Origin: a virus
Lineage: Duplodnaviria; Caudoviricetes
Virus record (IMG/VR): IMGVR_UViG_3300044252_000079
Coordinates: 1-47,580 of that record
Reading direction: 5' to 3' (one strand)
DNA length: 47,580 bases
Both the position numbers and the translations under genes were made by a program. Shown here in pieces: positions 17,773-27,381 of the stretch (positions are counted from its first letter, which is position 1; every line of letters starts with the position of its first letter). The notes below the pieces were generated by a model, which was given only the letters and a program-made list of their open reading frames with translations, was not told where the DNA came from and ran no database searches.

Positions 17773-18041
17773 GCCGCAAGGGCAAGATGAGCGCCGCCCA
17801 GAAGCAGCGGCGGCGTGAGCGGCGCCTCAAGCGCCGTCAGCACCGCGTCGGCAATCGGGACGCCGACCACGCCACCCGCTCGCGCCAGGCGAAGATTGAC
17901 CGCGGCTCAGAGATCTTCCACGCCGAGCTCATGGAGCCGATCCTCGCGCAGTCGAAGCCGCGGCAGAAGGCGCTCGACAAGGACGCGGCGAAGCGGCGCA
18001 AGCGTCGTGAGCGGCAGAGGAAGCGGGGGACGTGGGCGTGA
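17769..18041 (+). CDS. Arg/Lys-rich basic protein
   Basis: GTGA coupling; long R/K runs. Confidence 0.55.
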   Translation: MSRKGKMSAAQKQRRRERRLKRRQHRVGNRDADHATRSRQAKIDRGSEIFHAELMEPILAQSKPRQKALDKDAAKRRKRRERQRKRGTWA

Positions 18042-18268
18042 GCAACATCGGCGCCCGTAACCGCAAGAAGCTGTCGCCTCGCGTCGCCCCCTCGCCACCG
18101 GTCGGCATCGCGGGGTTCGACCAGGAGAAGCGCCTCCGCTTTCGGGGGAAGGACCATTCGCAGCGGCCGGCGACGTCGACGAAGCGCCTTGGCCGTCGGC
18201 GCGGACCGGGCGGCGGCGGCGTCAAGGGCCTCTACCGTCGGATCAAGGCTGAGATGGAGGCGCGATGA
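18038..18268 (+). CDS. Arg/Lys-rich basic protein
   Basis: GTGA coupling at the start and ATGA coupling at the end. Confidence 0.5.
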   Translation: MSNIGARNRKKLSPRVAPSPPVGIAGFDQEKRLRFRGKDHSQRPATSTKRLGRRRGPGGGGVKGLYRRIKAEMEAR

Positions 18269-19692
18269 GCCCGCCCACCGTGGGCCTCGCGCTGATCGTC
18301 CGCGACGAGGAGAAGACGCTCCCGAACCTGCTCGCATCGATCGAGGGTGCCTTCGACCAGGTCGTCCTCGTCGACACCGGCAGCGAGGACCAGACCGTCG
18401 CCGAGTTCGAGGTCTGGGCAGAAGAGCAGGATCTGCCGCTCGGCTTCAAGGTGGACGAGTTCGAGTGGGTCGACGACTTCGCCGCTGCGCGGGCCCACGC
18501 CGACTCGCTGCTCGACACCGACTGGACGTGCTGGGCCGACGCTGACGACGTTCTTCGTGGAGCCGAGAACCTCCGCCGCCTCGCCACCGAAGCCGCGCCG
18601 GAGCTGCTCGGCTACATCTGCGGCTACAACTACGCGCGCGACCACCACGGCAACTGCGCGTGCTACCTCGTCCGGGAGCGCCTGGTCCGCCGCGGCGCCG
18701 GCGAATGGGTCGGCCGGGTCCACGAGTCGCAGCTGATCAAGGGTCCGCAGTCGATGGTCTCACCCGATGTCGTCGAGTGGGTCCACAACCACCCGCCGGA
18801 CCCGAGCGATTCCAACGAGCGGAATCTGCGCATCCTCGAACGCTGGGTGCAGGAAGCTCCGGAGGACCCTCGCGTCGTCGGCTATCTCGGTACCGAGCTG
18901 CTGATCAAAGACGAGATCGATCGGGCCGGCGAGTGGTTCATGCACTACCTCTCGCTGAAGACCGGCTGGGATGAGGAGCGTGCCCAGATCCACCGCAAAC
19001 TCGGCAGTGTGCGGATCCGCCAGGGCCGCCACGACGAGGCAATCGACACGGCGATGGAAGCCATCCGGCTGATGCCCTCGTGGCCCGACTCCTACTTGAC
19101 CCTCGCCGAGGCCTATCACGAGAAAGGCGAGTGGGCGAAGGCAACAGAATGGGCCGCGGAGGTCCTGCGCCGTGGCCAGCCGCAGACGATGCTGATCGTC
19201 AACCCGCTCGACTACACCGTGCTGCCGCGGATGGTCCTGGCCAGCGCGCTCGGCCAGCAGGGTCGCATTGAAGAGGCCCTGAAGGTCGCCGAGGAGCTGC
19301 TGGCGATCGTCCCCGACCACGAGGGTCTGCTGCACGCGCGCCAGGGCTGGATCGCCCAGGGACAGCGGGAGGCGACGGCGAAGACCGTCTGCATGCTCGC
19401 CCGGCAGTTGACCAGCCACGATGAGCAGCTGAAGGCCCTGATCCTCCTCGAGCAGGCCGTTCCGCACTTCGCCCAGGATCACGCCGAGGTCGTCGCGCTG
19501 CGCTCGCAGCTGCGCGAGCGTGTCTACCCACTGCTGGAGTCCGACAGCTACGCCGAGCACTACGAGACCGGCGGCAGCAAGCCAGAGGACTTCACGCCCG
19601 ACGAGAAGGTCGACGAGATCGGCGCCTATCTGCCGCGCTGCGGATTCCTGCTGCAGGGCATCAGCGAGCAGCTTGATGGGGCGCCGGCATGA
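18265..19692 (+). CDS. GT2 glycosyltransferase with TPR repeats
   Basis: IVRDEE, VDTGSEDQT, DFAAAR, DADD, W.GRVHE; TPR-like helical C-terminus. Confidence 0.88.
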   Translation: MSPPTVGLALIVRDEEKTLPNLLASIEGAFDQVVLVDTGSEDQTVAEFEVWAEEQDLPLGFKVDEFEWVDDFAAARAHADSLLDTDWTCWADADDVLRGAENLRRLATEAAPELLGYICGYNYARDHHGNCACYLVRERLVRRGAGEWVGRVHESQLIKGPQSMVSPDVVEWVHNHPPDPSDSNERNLRILERWVQEAPEDPRVVGYLGTELLIKDEIDRAGEWFMHYLSLKTGWDEERAQIHRKLGSVRIRQGRHDEAIDTAMEAIRLMPSWPDSYLTLAEAYHEKGEWAKATEWAAEVLRRGQPQTMLIVNPLDYTVLPRMVLASALGQQGRIEEALKVAEELLAIVPDHEGLLHARQGWIAQGQREATAKTVCMLARQLTSHDEQLKALILLEQAVPHFAQDHAEVVALRSQLRERVYPLLESDSYAEHYETGGSKPEDFTPDEKVDEIGAYLPRCGFLLQGISEQLDGAPA

Positions 19693-19958
19693 GCCGGACC
19701 GAGCGGCAACGCCGCTACCGAATGCGCCACCCGGACAAGTACGCGGCCGCTGCGCGCCGCCACAGCGCGCGCTCCGGGTCCGTGCCGGGTGATTTCGGCG
19801 GACATCGGGGGCGCCGTAAGCCTTGGAGCGCAGGGGAAGAGGCGCGCGTGCTGGAGCAGACGATTCCCGACCGCCAGCTTGCAGAGGAGCTAGATCGCTC
19901 GCTGAAGTCGATCGCCGTTCGGCGCAGCCAGATCAAGCGACGCGAGGCAGCGTCATGA
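19689..19958 (+). CDS. Small Myb/HTH-like protein
   Basis: WSAGEE...LAEELDRSLKSIAVRR; ATGA overlaps at both ends. Confidence 0.55.
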   Translation: MSRTERQRRYRMRHPDKYAAAARRHSARSGSVPGDFGGHRGRRKPWSAGEEARVLEQTIPDRQLAEELDRSLKSIAVRRSQIKRREAAS

Positions 19959-21523
19959 AGATCCTCGACTGCGGCGCCCACGACGGCTACGTCGCCCTCT
20001 GGCTCGCGCGGCGGCTGCGTGAGCAGGGCCACGAGGTGACGGTCGACGGCATCGAGCTGAACCCCGACGCCGTCGAGATCGCCCGTCGCCGCTTTGAGGC
20101 GGAGGAGTTCGCCGGCGAGTTCGTCATCGGAAACGCACTCGACGCGCCCTTCCATGCACAGCTGAAGACCGGCAGCTACGACGCGGTGATCGCCTTCGAG
20201 GTGATCGAGCACGTGCCCGACCCTCAACTCCTACTTGAGGCTATGGAGACCATGGCCAGGCCCGGCGGCCACGTCTACATCTCCACCCCCGACGGCACCT
20301 TCGGCGCCGGCCAGAATCCGCATCATCTCCGCGCTCTGCGCGCGGTCGACCTCGCCGACATGCTCCGCCGAAGGGGTCACCTGCAGAACATGGTGGTAGG
20401 ACACGACGGAGTGACCGCAGCCTCCTACGTCCCCGCCGAGCGCCGGGGCGAGATCGCCATCTACGCCGGGCCCGGATGGGAGACCTGGTCACCCCACGAC
20501 ATCGAGGGCCGCGGCCTCGGCGGCTCGGAGACGGCCGCTGTGCGGCTGGCACAGGAGCTGTCGGAACAGGGCTACATCGCCACCGTCTACGGCGAGGTAG
20601 AGCAGTGCGCGTTTCGGGACGTGATCTACCGCCACCACAGCGTCTTCGACCCCATGGAGCGCCGCCTCGCGGTTATCGCCTCCCGCATCCCGGAGGTCGG
20701 CGATCGGCACATCAACGCCCGCGCACGGCTGCTTTGGATGCACGACACCGACGCCGGCGATCGCCTCACGGCCACCCGCGCCGAGGCCTTCGATCACGTC
20801 CTCGTCCTGTCGCGCTGGCACGAAGAACACGTCGCCGGCATGTACCCCTTCCTGCGCGGCCGGATCCGCCGCACCCGCAACGGCATCGAACGCGCCTACT
20901 TCGAGGGCAAGGCGCCGCAGCGGAAGAAGCGCGTGGTCTACACGTCCTCGCCGGACCGCGGCCTCGACGTCCTGCTTGAGATGTGGCCGGAGATCCGCAA
21001 GCAGGTCCCCGACGCCGAACTCGCCTACTGCTACTCGGCCGTCTACGACGCTGTGGCCGACCAGAACCCGGCGATCGCCGCCCACCGCGACCGGATCCGG
21101 GAGCTGGCGGCCGCCAGCGAGGGCACGCAGTCGCTGGGCTCGCTGCCGCAGCAGGAGTTGGCGCGGCTGATGCGCAGCTCCCTCGTCTGGGCGCACCCCT
21201 CCTACTGCACGCCCGAGAATGTCCCCTTCCACGAGACCAGCTGTATCGGCGCCATGGAGGCGCAGGCCGCCGGCTGCGTCGTCGTCGCCTCCGACTGGGG
21301 GGCGCTCTCGGAGACGGTCGAGGTCGGACGCCTGGTCAACTCCGGTCCGCTCAGCGACCGCTGGCGCGCCGGGTTCGTGCGCGAGATCGTTGATGGGCTG
21401 ACCAGCGCGGAGACGCAGGCATGGGCGCAGGCCGAGGGCCCGGCCGCGGCGACCGACCTCGGCTGGGACGGGGTCGCGCGCGAGGTCGCCGGGCTGATCG
21501 AGGGCGAGGTCATCCCGTCATGA
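19955..21523 (+). CDS. Class I SAM methyltransferase fused to a GT4-like glycosyltransferase
   Basis: ILDCGAHDG and FEVIEHV (MTase); GGSET, SSPDRGL, ETSCIGAMEAQAAG, GALSETV (GT-B). Confidence 0.85.
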   Translation: MKILDCGAHDGYVALWLARRLREQGHEVTVDGIELNPDAVEIARRRFEAEEFAGEFVIGNALDAPFHAQLKTGSYDAVIAFEVIEHVPDPQLLLEAMETMARPGGHVYISTPDGTFGAGQNPHHLRALRAVDLADMLRRRGHLQNMVVGHDGVTAASYVPAERRGEIAIYAGPGWETWSPHDIEGRGLGGSETAAVRLAQELSEQGYIATVYGEVEQCAFRDVIYRHHSVFDPMERRLAVIASRIPEVGDRHINARARLLWMHDTDAGDRLTATRAEAFDHVLVLSRWHEEHVAGMYPFLRGRIRRTRNGIERAYFEGKAPQRKKRVVYTSSPDRGLDVLLEMWPEIRKQVPDAELAYCYSAVYDAVADQNPAIAAHRDRIRELAAASEGTQSLGSLPQQELARLMRSSLVWAHPSYCTPENVPFHETSCIGAMEAQAAGCVVVASDWGALSETVEVGRLVNSGPLSDRWRAGFVREIVDGLTSAETQAWAQAEGPAAATDLGWDGVAREVAGLIEGEVIPS

Positions 21524-21635
21524 AGTTCGACGAGTTCGCGGCCGCCTGCATGGCCATCGGCGAGCAGCTGCGTAAGGAAGCGCAGAAGCGGCTTGAGCGC
21601 GAGATCCAGGCAGACCTCGATTACGGCCGCGATTG

Positions 21636-22364
21636 ATGCAGTATCCCCGCCCCATCCAGTCGATCCACCAGATCGAGATCAGCTCGAGGTGCAACCTGCG
21701 CTGTGTCTACTGCCCGTCGAAGGATCTAGACAAGCCGGTCGCCGAGGGCGGCTCCGGCCGCGACAAGGTCGACATCAGCATGGCCCACTTCGAGCGCGCG
21801 CTGGAGTGGGCGCGGCAGATGCACGCCCGCGGCACGCAGGGCGAGCTGGCTCTGACCGGGCTCGGCGAGGCGCTGCTGCACCCGCAGTTCGTCGACTTCG
21901 TCCGCCTCGCTCGCGAGGCACTGCCGGACAATCCGATCACCTTCTCGACCAATGGGCTGCTGCTGACCGAGCAGATGGTCGAGGAAGTGGCGCCGTATCG
22001 GCCAGAGATCTACATCTCCTTGCACCGTCCCGAGAAGGCCAAGGGCGCGATCGACGCGGCACAGAAGGCCGGGCTGCTGGCGGCGACGAATGCCTCCTTC
22101 GCCACCCTCGCCTTCGACTGGGCGGGCCAGCTCGACTGGCAGGTCTCGATCCCCGAGGAGTCCGTCACCTGCGAGTTCCTGCGGTCAGGTTGGGCGGTCG
22201 TGCTCGCGGACGGCCGGATCACCACCTGCTGCCTCGACGCCAGCGGCGCCGGCGTCGTCGGCCACGTTGACGACGTGATCGGCTCGCTCTCGATCCAGCC
22301 CTGGGAGACCGAGATCGGCGGTCGCCCCGTCGGCTGCGAGAGCTGCCACATGGTGGTGCCGTAG
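21636..22364 (+). CDS. Radical SAM protein with SPASM/twitch-like C-terminus
   Basis: CNLRCVYC, GLGEALLHP, STNG, G.ITTCC, CESC. Confidence 0.88.
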   Translation: MQYPRPIQSIHQIEISSRCNLRCVYCPSKDLDKPVAEGGSGRDKVDISMAHFERALEWARQMHARGTQGELALTGLGEALLHPQFVDFVRLAREALPDNPITFSTNGLLLTEQMVEEVAPYRPEIYISLHRPEKAKGAIDAAQKAGLLAATNASFATLAFDWAGQLDWQVSIPEESVTCEFLRSGWAVVLADGRITTCCLDASGAGVVGHVDDVIGSLSIQPWETEIGGRPVGCESCHMVVP

Positions 22365-22392
22365 GTCCTGAAGCGCCGGATAGTCGATGGCG

Positions 22393-23307
22393 ATGGCCTA
22401 CCCGACGACCCTTGACGAACTGCCGGTCGGCGTCGAGAACCAGACCGACGTTGTAACCGGCAAACCCGATCCGCTCTACAAAGGCCCCGACCCCGAAGGC
22501 GAGGGCGATCACGCGAGCCGGCACAACGGGGCGGCAGGCGCGATCAACAGGATCCAGGCCGAGCTAGGTCTGAACCCCTCGGGCGCGCAGAGCGACGTCG
22601 CTGCGCGCCTCGCGGCAATAGACCTTGTTCTCGCCAGCAATACGGCAGGGCTGAGCGCGGCAGCCGGCGCAATCAGCGCCGAGGCAACCCGCGCTGAAGC
22701 GGCCGAGGCTGGCAAGGCGTCGCTTTTTCATGCCTCTCGGCACCAACTGGGGGGCGCCGACCCGCTGGCGCTGCCGCAGTATGACCCCTACGACCTCCTG
22801 CCCTACGTGATCCCGATGGGGATCGTGCCCGGCACCACGCTCGGGCCGGTGGCTAAACGGCTCTACGTCAACCGCTTCACTGTTGCCAGGAAACGCGAAT
22901 TCAAATTCGTGCGATGGGGAGTCAGCACGGTAGGGACCGGTGTCGAAGACAAAGTCGAAGCCGCGATCTTCCGCGCCAACGGTGCCAAAGTGGAACGTCT
23001 TGCCACCAGCGGCGGCGTCAAAACTTCCTTCCTCACCGTTGGTCCCCGCGCCACCGAACTCGCCGCCAAAGTTACCTGTGAACCAGGCGTCGTTTACTTC
23101 GTCGGTTGGTCGCTGGAAGTCGTCAGCGGCACGCCGCAGGTCCTCGCCCTGCTCAACAACAACGGCAGCGTCGGCGATATGGCGGGGACGGGCACCCTGT
23201 CCAACCGGCTCATGCTTTTCAAGAACGCCCAGATGCCATTCGCCGAAGCCATCGAAGCCTTCGAAGGCAGCACGCCCACCCCGTACCTCCTGCCGAGCGA
23301 GTCGTGA
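22393..23307 (+). CDS. Putative virion fibre/structural protein
   Basis: YPT.LD...H...HN.A..AI..IQAELG N-terminus; start set by GATAGT-N8-ATG. Confidence 0.6.
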   Translation: MAYPTTLDELPVGVENQTDVVTGKPDPLYKGPDPEGEGDHASRHNGAAGAINRIQAELGLNPSGAQSDVAARLAAIDLVLASNTAGLSAAAGAISAEATRAEAAEAGKASLFHASRHQLGGADPLALPQYDPYDLLPYVIPMGIVPGTTLGPVAKRLYVNRFTVARKREFKFVRWGVSTVGTGVEDKVEAAIFRANGAKVERLATSGGVKTSFLTVGPRATELAAKVTCEPGVVYFVGWSLEVVSGTPQVLALLNNNGSVGDMAGTGTLSNRLMLFKNAQMPFAEAIEAFEGSTPTPYLLPSES

Positions 23308-23597
23308 GCGCCTACGGCTCCGGCGCATATGGCGACGGCGCCTACGGGCGCATCCCGAAGGTGCTGCCGATCATCGACCTGCCGGCCGAACTGTCGATCG
23401 CCTCGGTCGACACAGCGCTCGGGATTAGCGCGCGAACGACGGAAGTGGAGATCGACGCCGCGGGGAAGGCGCTGAGCCTCGTCGCTCGCGTGACGCGCCT
23501 GGCGGTCGCCGGCCGCACCACTTGCCTGACCTTCGCCGCACCAGATAGTCGCCTCACGATCGCAGACGTGAGCACGGAGATGGACATCGATGGCTGA
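23304..23597 (+). CDS. Hypothetical virion protein (YGSGAYGDGAYG)
   Basis: GTGA overlap; YG.G.YG motif. Confidence 0.55.
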   Translation: MSAYGSGAYGDGAYGRIPKVLPIIDLPAELSIASVDTALGISARTTEVEIDAAGKALSLVARVTRLAVAGRTTCLTFAAPDSRLTIADVSTEMDIDG

Positions 23598-23985
23598 CAG
23601 GACCATGAAGACCGGCGACACCTACCCGCCCTTGCAGGGGTCGGCGACGAACGCCAAAGGCGAGCTGCTCCCACTGGCCGACGCAGACAAACTCGAGCTG
23701 ACGCTCAAGAGCGCCACCCGGATCATCCAGGGAGAGGCCAAAGCGATCGACCCACCGATTCCGAATCCAGAGGACCCGGAAGGCCCGGAGCTCAACTGGG
23801 AATACGAGTGGGCCGCCGACGACACCACCGAGACCGACGATGACGATGTCGAGATCGCGCACGGCCTCTACGAAGGCGAGTTGCGCGTCGTCTGGGATGA
23901 AGCGGCCGATCCGCCCGCGGTCGAGACCCTCGATGAGAGCGATAACCCGACCGTCGAAATCAAGAAAGCCCTGGCAGCGAAATGA
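23590..23985 (+). CDS. BppU-like virion protein
   Basis: K.GDT.PPL...YEW...DT...G.Y.GE..V.W pattern. Confidence 0.55.
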   Translation: MADRTMKTGDTYPPLQGSATNAKGELLPLADADKLELTLKSATRIIQGEAKAIDPPIPNPEDPEGPELNWEYEWAADDTTETDDDDVEIAHGLYEGELRVVWDEAADPPAVETLDESDNPTVEIKKALAAK

Positions 23986-24461
23986 GCGCCAGCACGATCG
24001 GTACCTACTACCCGCAGTCTGCCTACGCGACCGTCGACCAGGTGCGCGGGATGAACTTGGGCCGCCCAGTGATGCCCGCCGCCAGCGTCCCGAGCGGCAA
24101 GACCGAGATCACCGAAGAGCAGGTGGTCGGCTACCTCGAAGAGACTGCCGGCGTCCTCGACGGCATCCTGCGCGAGCGCGGCTATTCAGTGCCCGTCTCG
24201 CCGACGACGGCCCCCTTCGCCTTCAAAACGCTCGAGGGCTACAACGCGATCGGCGCCGCCTACCGCGTCGAGATGGCGGCAAAGAACTCCGACCGCCGCG
24301 AAGAGGCGCGCAAGATGTGGGAGTCGGCGCAGAAGATGCTCTCGGAAGGAACGGTGGAGTTCGACGCAGAGCGCGATACGGCGCTGGGGATGCCGCTCGG
24401 CGGCTACGGTCCGCGAAGCAGTGCGGCAACACCGTTCTTCACCCGCAACATGGCGCTGTAG
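23982..24461 (+). CDS. Head-tail adaptor
   Basis: YATVDQV N-terminus, GY.VP, FFTRNM C-terminus; synteny. Confidence 0.65.
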   Translation: MSASTIGTYYPQSAYATVDQVRGMNLGRPVMPAASVPSGKTEITEEQVVGYLEETAGVLDGILRERGYSVPVSPTTAPFAFKTLEGYNAIGAAYRVEMAAKNSDRREEARKMWESAQKMLSEGTVEFDAERDTALGMPLGGYGPRSSAATPFFTRNMAL

Positions 24462-24463
24462 AC

Positions 24464-24946
24464 ATGCCGCTGCAGACGGTTCGATTCGACGTCGCCGGCG
24501 ACGTTCAGTATGCGCGCGCCTTCGAGGCCGCAGCGCACGAGGCCGAGGACCTCACCGAGCCGCTGGAACAGGTCGGCGACGCCGTCTTGCGCGATGTCTT
24601 CGAGCAGTTCCGCACCGAGGGGACCTTCGGCCACGGCTCGAAGTGGCAGGAGCTGAACCCGCAGTACGAACGGTGGAAGCGCGAGCAGGTCGGCGACGAG
24701 CCGATCCTCGTCTTCAAGGGCACCATGCGCGAGGCGATGATCGCCCGCAGCTCCGTACATGTCTCCCCTCGGCGGATGGTCTATGACCCGAAAGCCCCCA
24801 AATACGCGCTTCGCCATCAGCAGGGTAAGGACGGGATGCCACAGCGCAAGATGGTCGAGATCCCTGAGACCGACCGCCGGCAGTGGGACCGCTACTTCGT
24901 CGAGTGGCTGAACAGCATCCGCCGCGAGAAGCTTGCCGGGCTGTAG
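24464..24946 (+). CDS. Virion morphogenesis/tail completion protein (Mu gpG-like)
   Basis: F.TEG....W..L...Y, IL...G.M, YA..HQ.G...MPQR. Confidence 0.75.
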   Translation: MPLQTVRFDVAGDVQYARAFEAAAHEAEDLTEPLEQVGDAVLRDVFEQFRTEGTFGHGSKWQELNPQYERWKREQVGDEPILVFKGTMREAMIARSSVHVSPRRMVYDPKAPKYALRHQQGKDGMPQRKMVEIPETDRRQWDRYFVEWLNSIRREKLAGL

Positions 24947-24974
24947 TTCTGAAGTGGGCGGATAGTCGGCGGCG

Positions 24975-25460
24975 ATGACCATCGACCTCAACGAGCCCGT
25001 CATCAGAGCATTGGAGCAGCGCCTGAAGGGCGAGCTGCCGGCGGCAATCGCAGAGATCAACGACTCCGTCGCGGACGGCTTCACGCTGGCCGAGCCGGAG
25101 ATCCTCACCTACATCCCGCCGCCGTCCGATCTCCTCAATCCGCCGGTGATCGGGATCGGCGACGCGCCATCCCAGTTCGAAGACGACACCGGTTTCTCCG
25201 CCACCGGCAAGCACGAGCTGCTGATCGTCGCCTACGACCAGTCCTCCGATCAAGAAGCGCTGTCCTGGCAGCTACGACGGTGGACGACGGCGATCGCCCG
25301 CGTCTCCCTGGCGGGTCGCCGCCTCGGCGAGGCTGGCTGGGGCACCGGCCTGCGGGGCACGGCCCCCGGGCGGACGCTTGTCGATGACCCGGAAAACCCG
25401 CGGGAGTGGTTCTCCTGGTCGGGCATTCGGATCTGGGTCAAGACCGACGAAGACGCCTGA
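24975..25460 (+). CDS. Putative tail terminator
   Basis: Size and synteny; motif-defined start. Confidence 0.55.
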   Translation: MTIDLNEPVIRALEQRLKGELPAAIAEINDSVADGFTLAEPEILTYIPPPSDLLNPPVIGIGDAPSQFEDDTGFSATGKHELLIVAYDQSSDQEALSWQLRRWTTAIARVSLAGRRLGEAGWGTGLRGTAPGRTLVDDPENPREWFSWSGIRIWVKTDEDA

Positions 25461-25491
25461 GAGCGGTGCCCCCGTCCGATAGTCGGGCGCG

Positions 25492-25875
25492 ATGACCGAG
25501 ATCGTCACCCAGACCTTCGATGCCGCCGCGAGCGAGGTTCGGGTCGTCGACGCACGCTGGGTCGGCACCTACGAGGCCAAGTTGATCGACAACACCGTCT
25601 TGGTGCCCGGTGAGACCGTCGTCGAGATTCCGCTGCCCGAGGCGCTCGCCTCCGGCAACTGGGAAGTGCTCGACTCCGTCGCCGACCTGAAGAAAGTTGC
25701 CAAAAAGCTGGGCACCAAAGTGCCGAGCGACGCGACGAAGGCGGAGGTAGAAGCTCTCGTCCACGACGGGATTGTCGAGGCCATCCGCGAGGCAGAGGCT
25801 GACACCGAGCCTGAGCCGAGCGAGCCCGTTGACGAGACCCCGGTCGACGAGACCACTTCCGGGGAGAACGCCTGA
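25492..25875 (+). CDS. Hypothetical protein with a HeH/Rho-N-like motif
   Basis: VADLKKVAKKLG..VPSDATKAEV; motif-defined start. Confidence 0.55.
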   Translation: MTEIVTQTFDAAASEVRVVDARWVGTYEAKLIDNTVLVPGETVVEIPLPEALASGNWEVLDSVADLKKVAKKLGTKVPSDATKAEVEALVHDGIVEAIREAEADTEPEPSEPVDETPVDETTSGENA

Positions 25876-26879
25876 TGCCTGGACGCCCGACGAACGAGCC
25901 AAGCAACTACTTCGCGCTCGGCAAGCAGGCGGCCAAGGACGAAGAGGCGTCGACCTTCTTCTTCTTCCGCCACCTTGACGGCACTGGCCTCGAGCTCGAC
26001 GAGCAGACCGACTCCGTCCGCGAGGGCGGCGACGGCCAGGAAGTCGGGTTCGTCCACAAGACCGCGATCTCGATGGACGGCGACGTCGTCGCCAACGCCC
26101 GGCCCGAGCGCGCCGCCCGCGGCGCCGCCTGGACCCTCGGCGCCGACAACGTCATCACCGGTCTCGGCGCCGCCTCAGGCGCCGCCCAGGTCCACATCGG
26201 TACCCCGACGTCGACCCTTCCCTACCTGACCGCCGAGCAGCTCTTCGGCGACGTGATCGAGCGCGTCTCGAATGTCCAGATGACCAACATGGTCATCGAG
26301 GGCGAAGCGGGACGGCCGATCAAGATCACCCACTCGATGGTTGCCGGCGGGACTCCCTACCGGCGCAACGCTGCTGCGTCCGCGCTGACCCCCGCGCGGG
26401 AGACCGGCCAGCCCTACTTCTTCCCGGGCGGCTCCTACTCGATCGACGGGGCCGGCAACAGCAAGATCACCAAGTTCAAATCGACGATCGAGCGCGGACT
26501 CGACACCGACATCCGCACGACCAGCCTCTTCCGCGAGGACGTCGTCGCCCTCAACTTCGACTCCAGCCTGGAGTTCACGCTGAAGTACGAAAGTGCGTCG
26601 ATGTACGACAAGGTCCACTACCTCGCCGGGACCACGATCAGCCCGAACGCTCTGGGTCTCGCCACGGGCGCTTTCCAGGCCTACACCGAGTTCGGTGCCG
26701 GCACCGGCCTTCGCTTCTTCGAGTTGAACCACCCGCTGATCGTCTACACGGGCGCGCGAGTGAACAAGCTCGACCCCGACGGCAAGACGATGTACCTCGA
26801 CGTGGCCGCAATGGGCGTCCGCGGCGCCACGCATCAGGTCTATACGCGGGTGCAGACCGCCTCCGGCGGCGCCTTCTAG
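25875..26879 (+). CDS. Major tail (tube) protein
   Basis: Size, composition, position before the chaperone and tape measure genes. Confidence 0.75.
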   Translation: MPGRPTNEPSNYFALGKQAAKDEEASTFFFFRHLDGTGLELDEQTDSVREGGDGQEVGFVHKTAISMDGDVVANARPERAARGAAWTLGADNVITGLGAASGAAQVHIGTPTSTLPYLTAEQLFGDVIERVSNVQMTNMVIEGEAGRPIKITHSMVAGGTPYRRNAAASALTPARETGQPYFFPGGSYSIDGAGNSKITKFKSTIERGLDTDIRTTSLFREDVVALNFDSSLEFTLKYESASMYDKVHYLAGTTISPNALGLATGAFQAYTEFGAGTGLRFFELNHPLIVYTGARVNKLDPDGKTMYLDVAAMGVRGATHQVYTRVQTASGGAF

Positions 26880-26991
26880 CGGCTCTCGTCTGATAGTCGG
26901 CAGCGGAGAGCTTCGGCTTTCTGAGGGCGGCCGATAAGCGGATCCGGCGCAGCACCACCTCCCCGCAGCACACGACACCGGAGGTGGCCTG

Positions 26992-27381
26992 ATGGCCCAG
27001 AAGATCGTCGACCTCGACGCAGCAGTGCCCGAGAACCTTCACGTTCGATGCGAAGGGGCCATCTACGACCTGCCCGGGGACATCCCGATCCCCGACTACA
27101 TCGAGATTGAGCGCCTCGTTGACGCACTGAACGATCCCGAGGGGGAGGGCAGCGGACAAGAGCGCCTGCAGGAGCTCTACAGCCGCGTGCTGGAGCTATT
27201 TCAGATCAAGCAGCCCGACCTCGAGGAGCTGCCGATCGGACCGCGGCGCCTCGGCGTACTCGTCGTCTCCCTCTACAGCGGCGGCACGACCGAAGTGGAG
27301 GACGAGGACGAGCGCCCTACGAAACGTGCGACGAAGGCGACGAAGGGGCGATCGAAGAAATCAGCTTCTTCGAGGTCGTAG
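26992..27381 (+). CDS. Tail assembly chaperone (gpG-like)
   Basis: Between tube and tape measure; RBS GGAGGTGG. Confidence 0.75.
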   Translation: MAQKIVDLDAAVPENLHVRCEGAIYDLPGDIPIPDYIEIERLVDALNDPEGEGSGQERLQELYSRVLELFQIKQPDLEELPIGPRRLGVLVVSLYSGGTTEVEDEDERPTKRATKATKGRSKKSASSRS

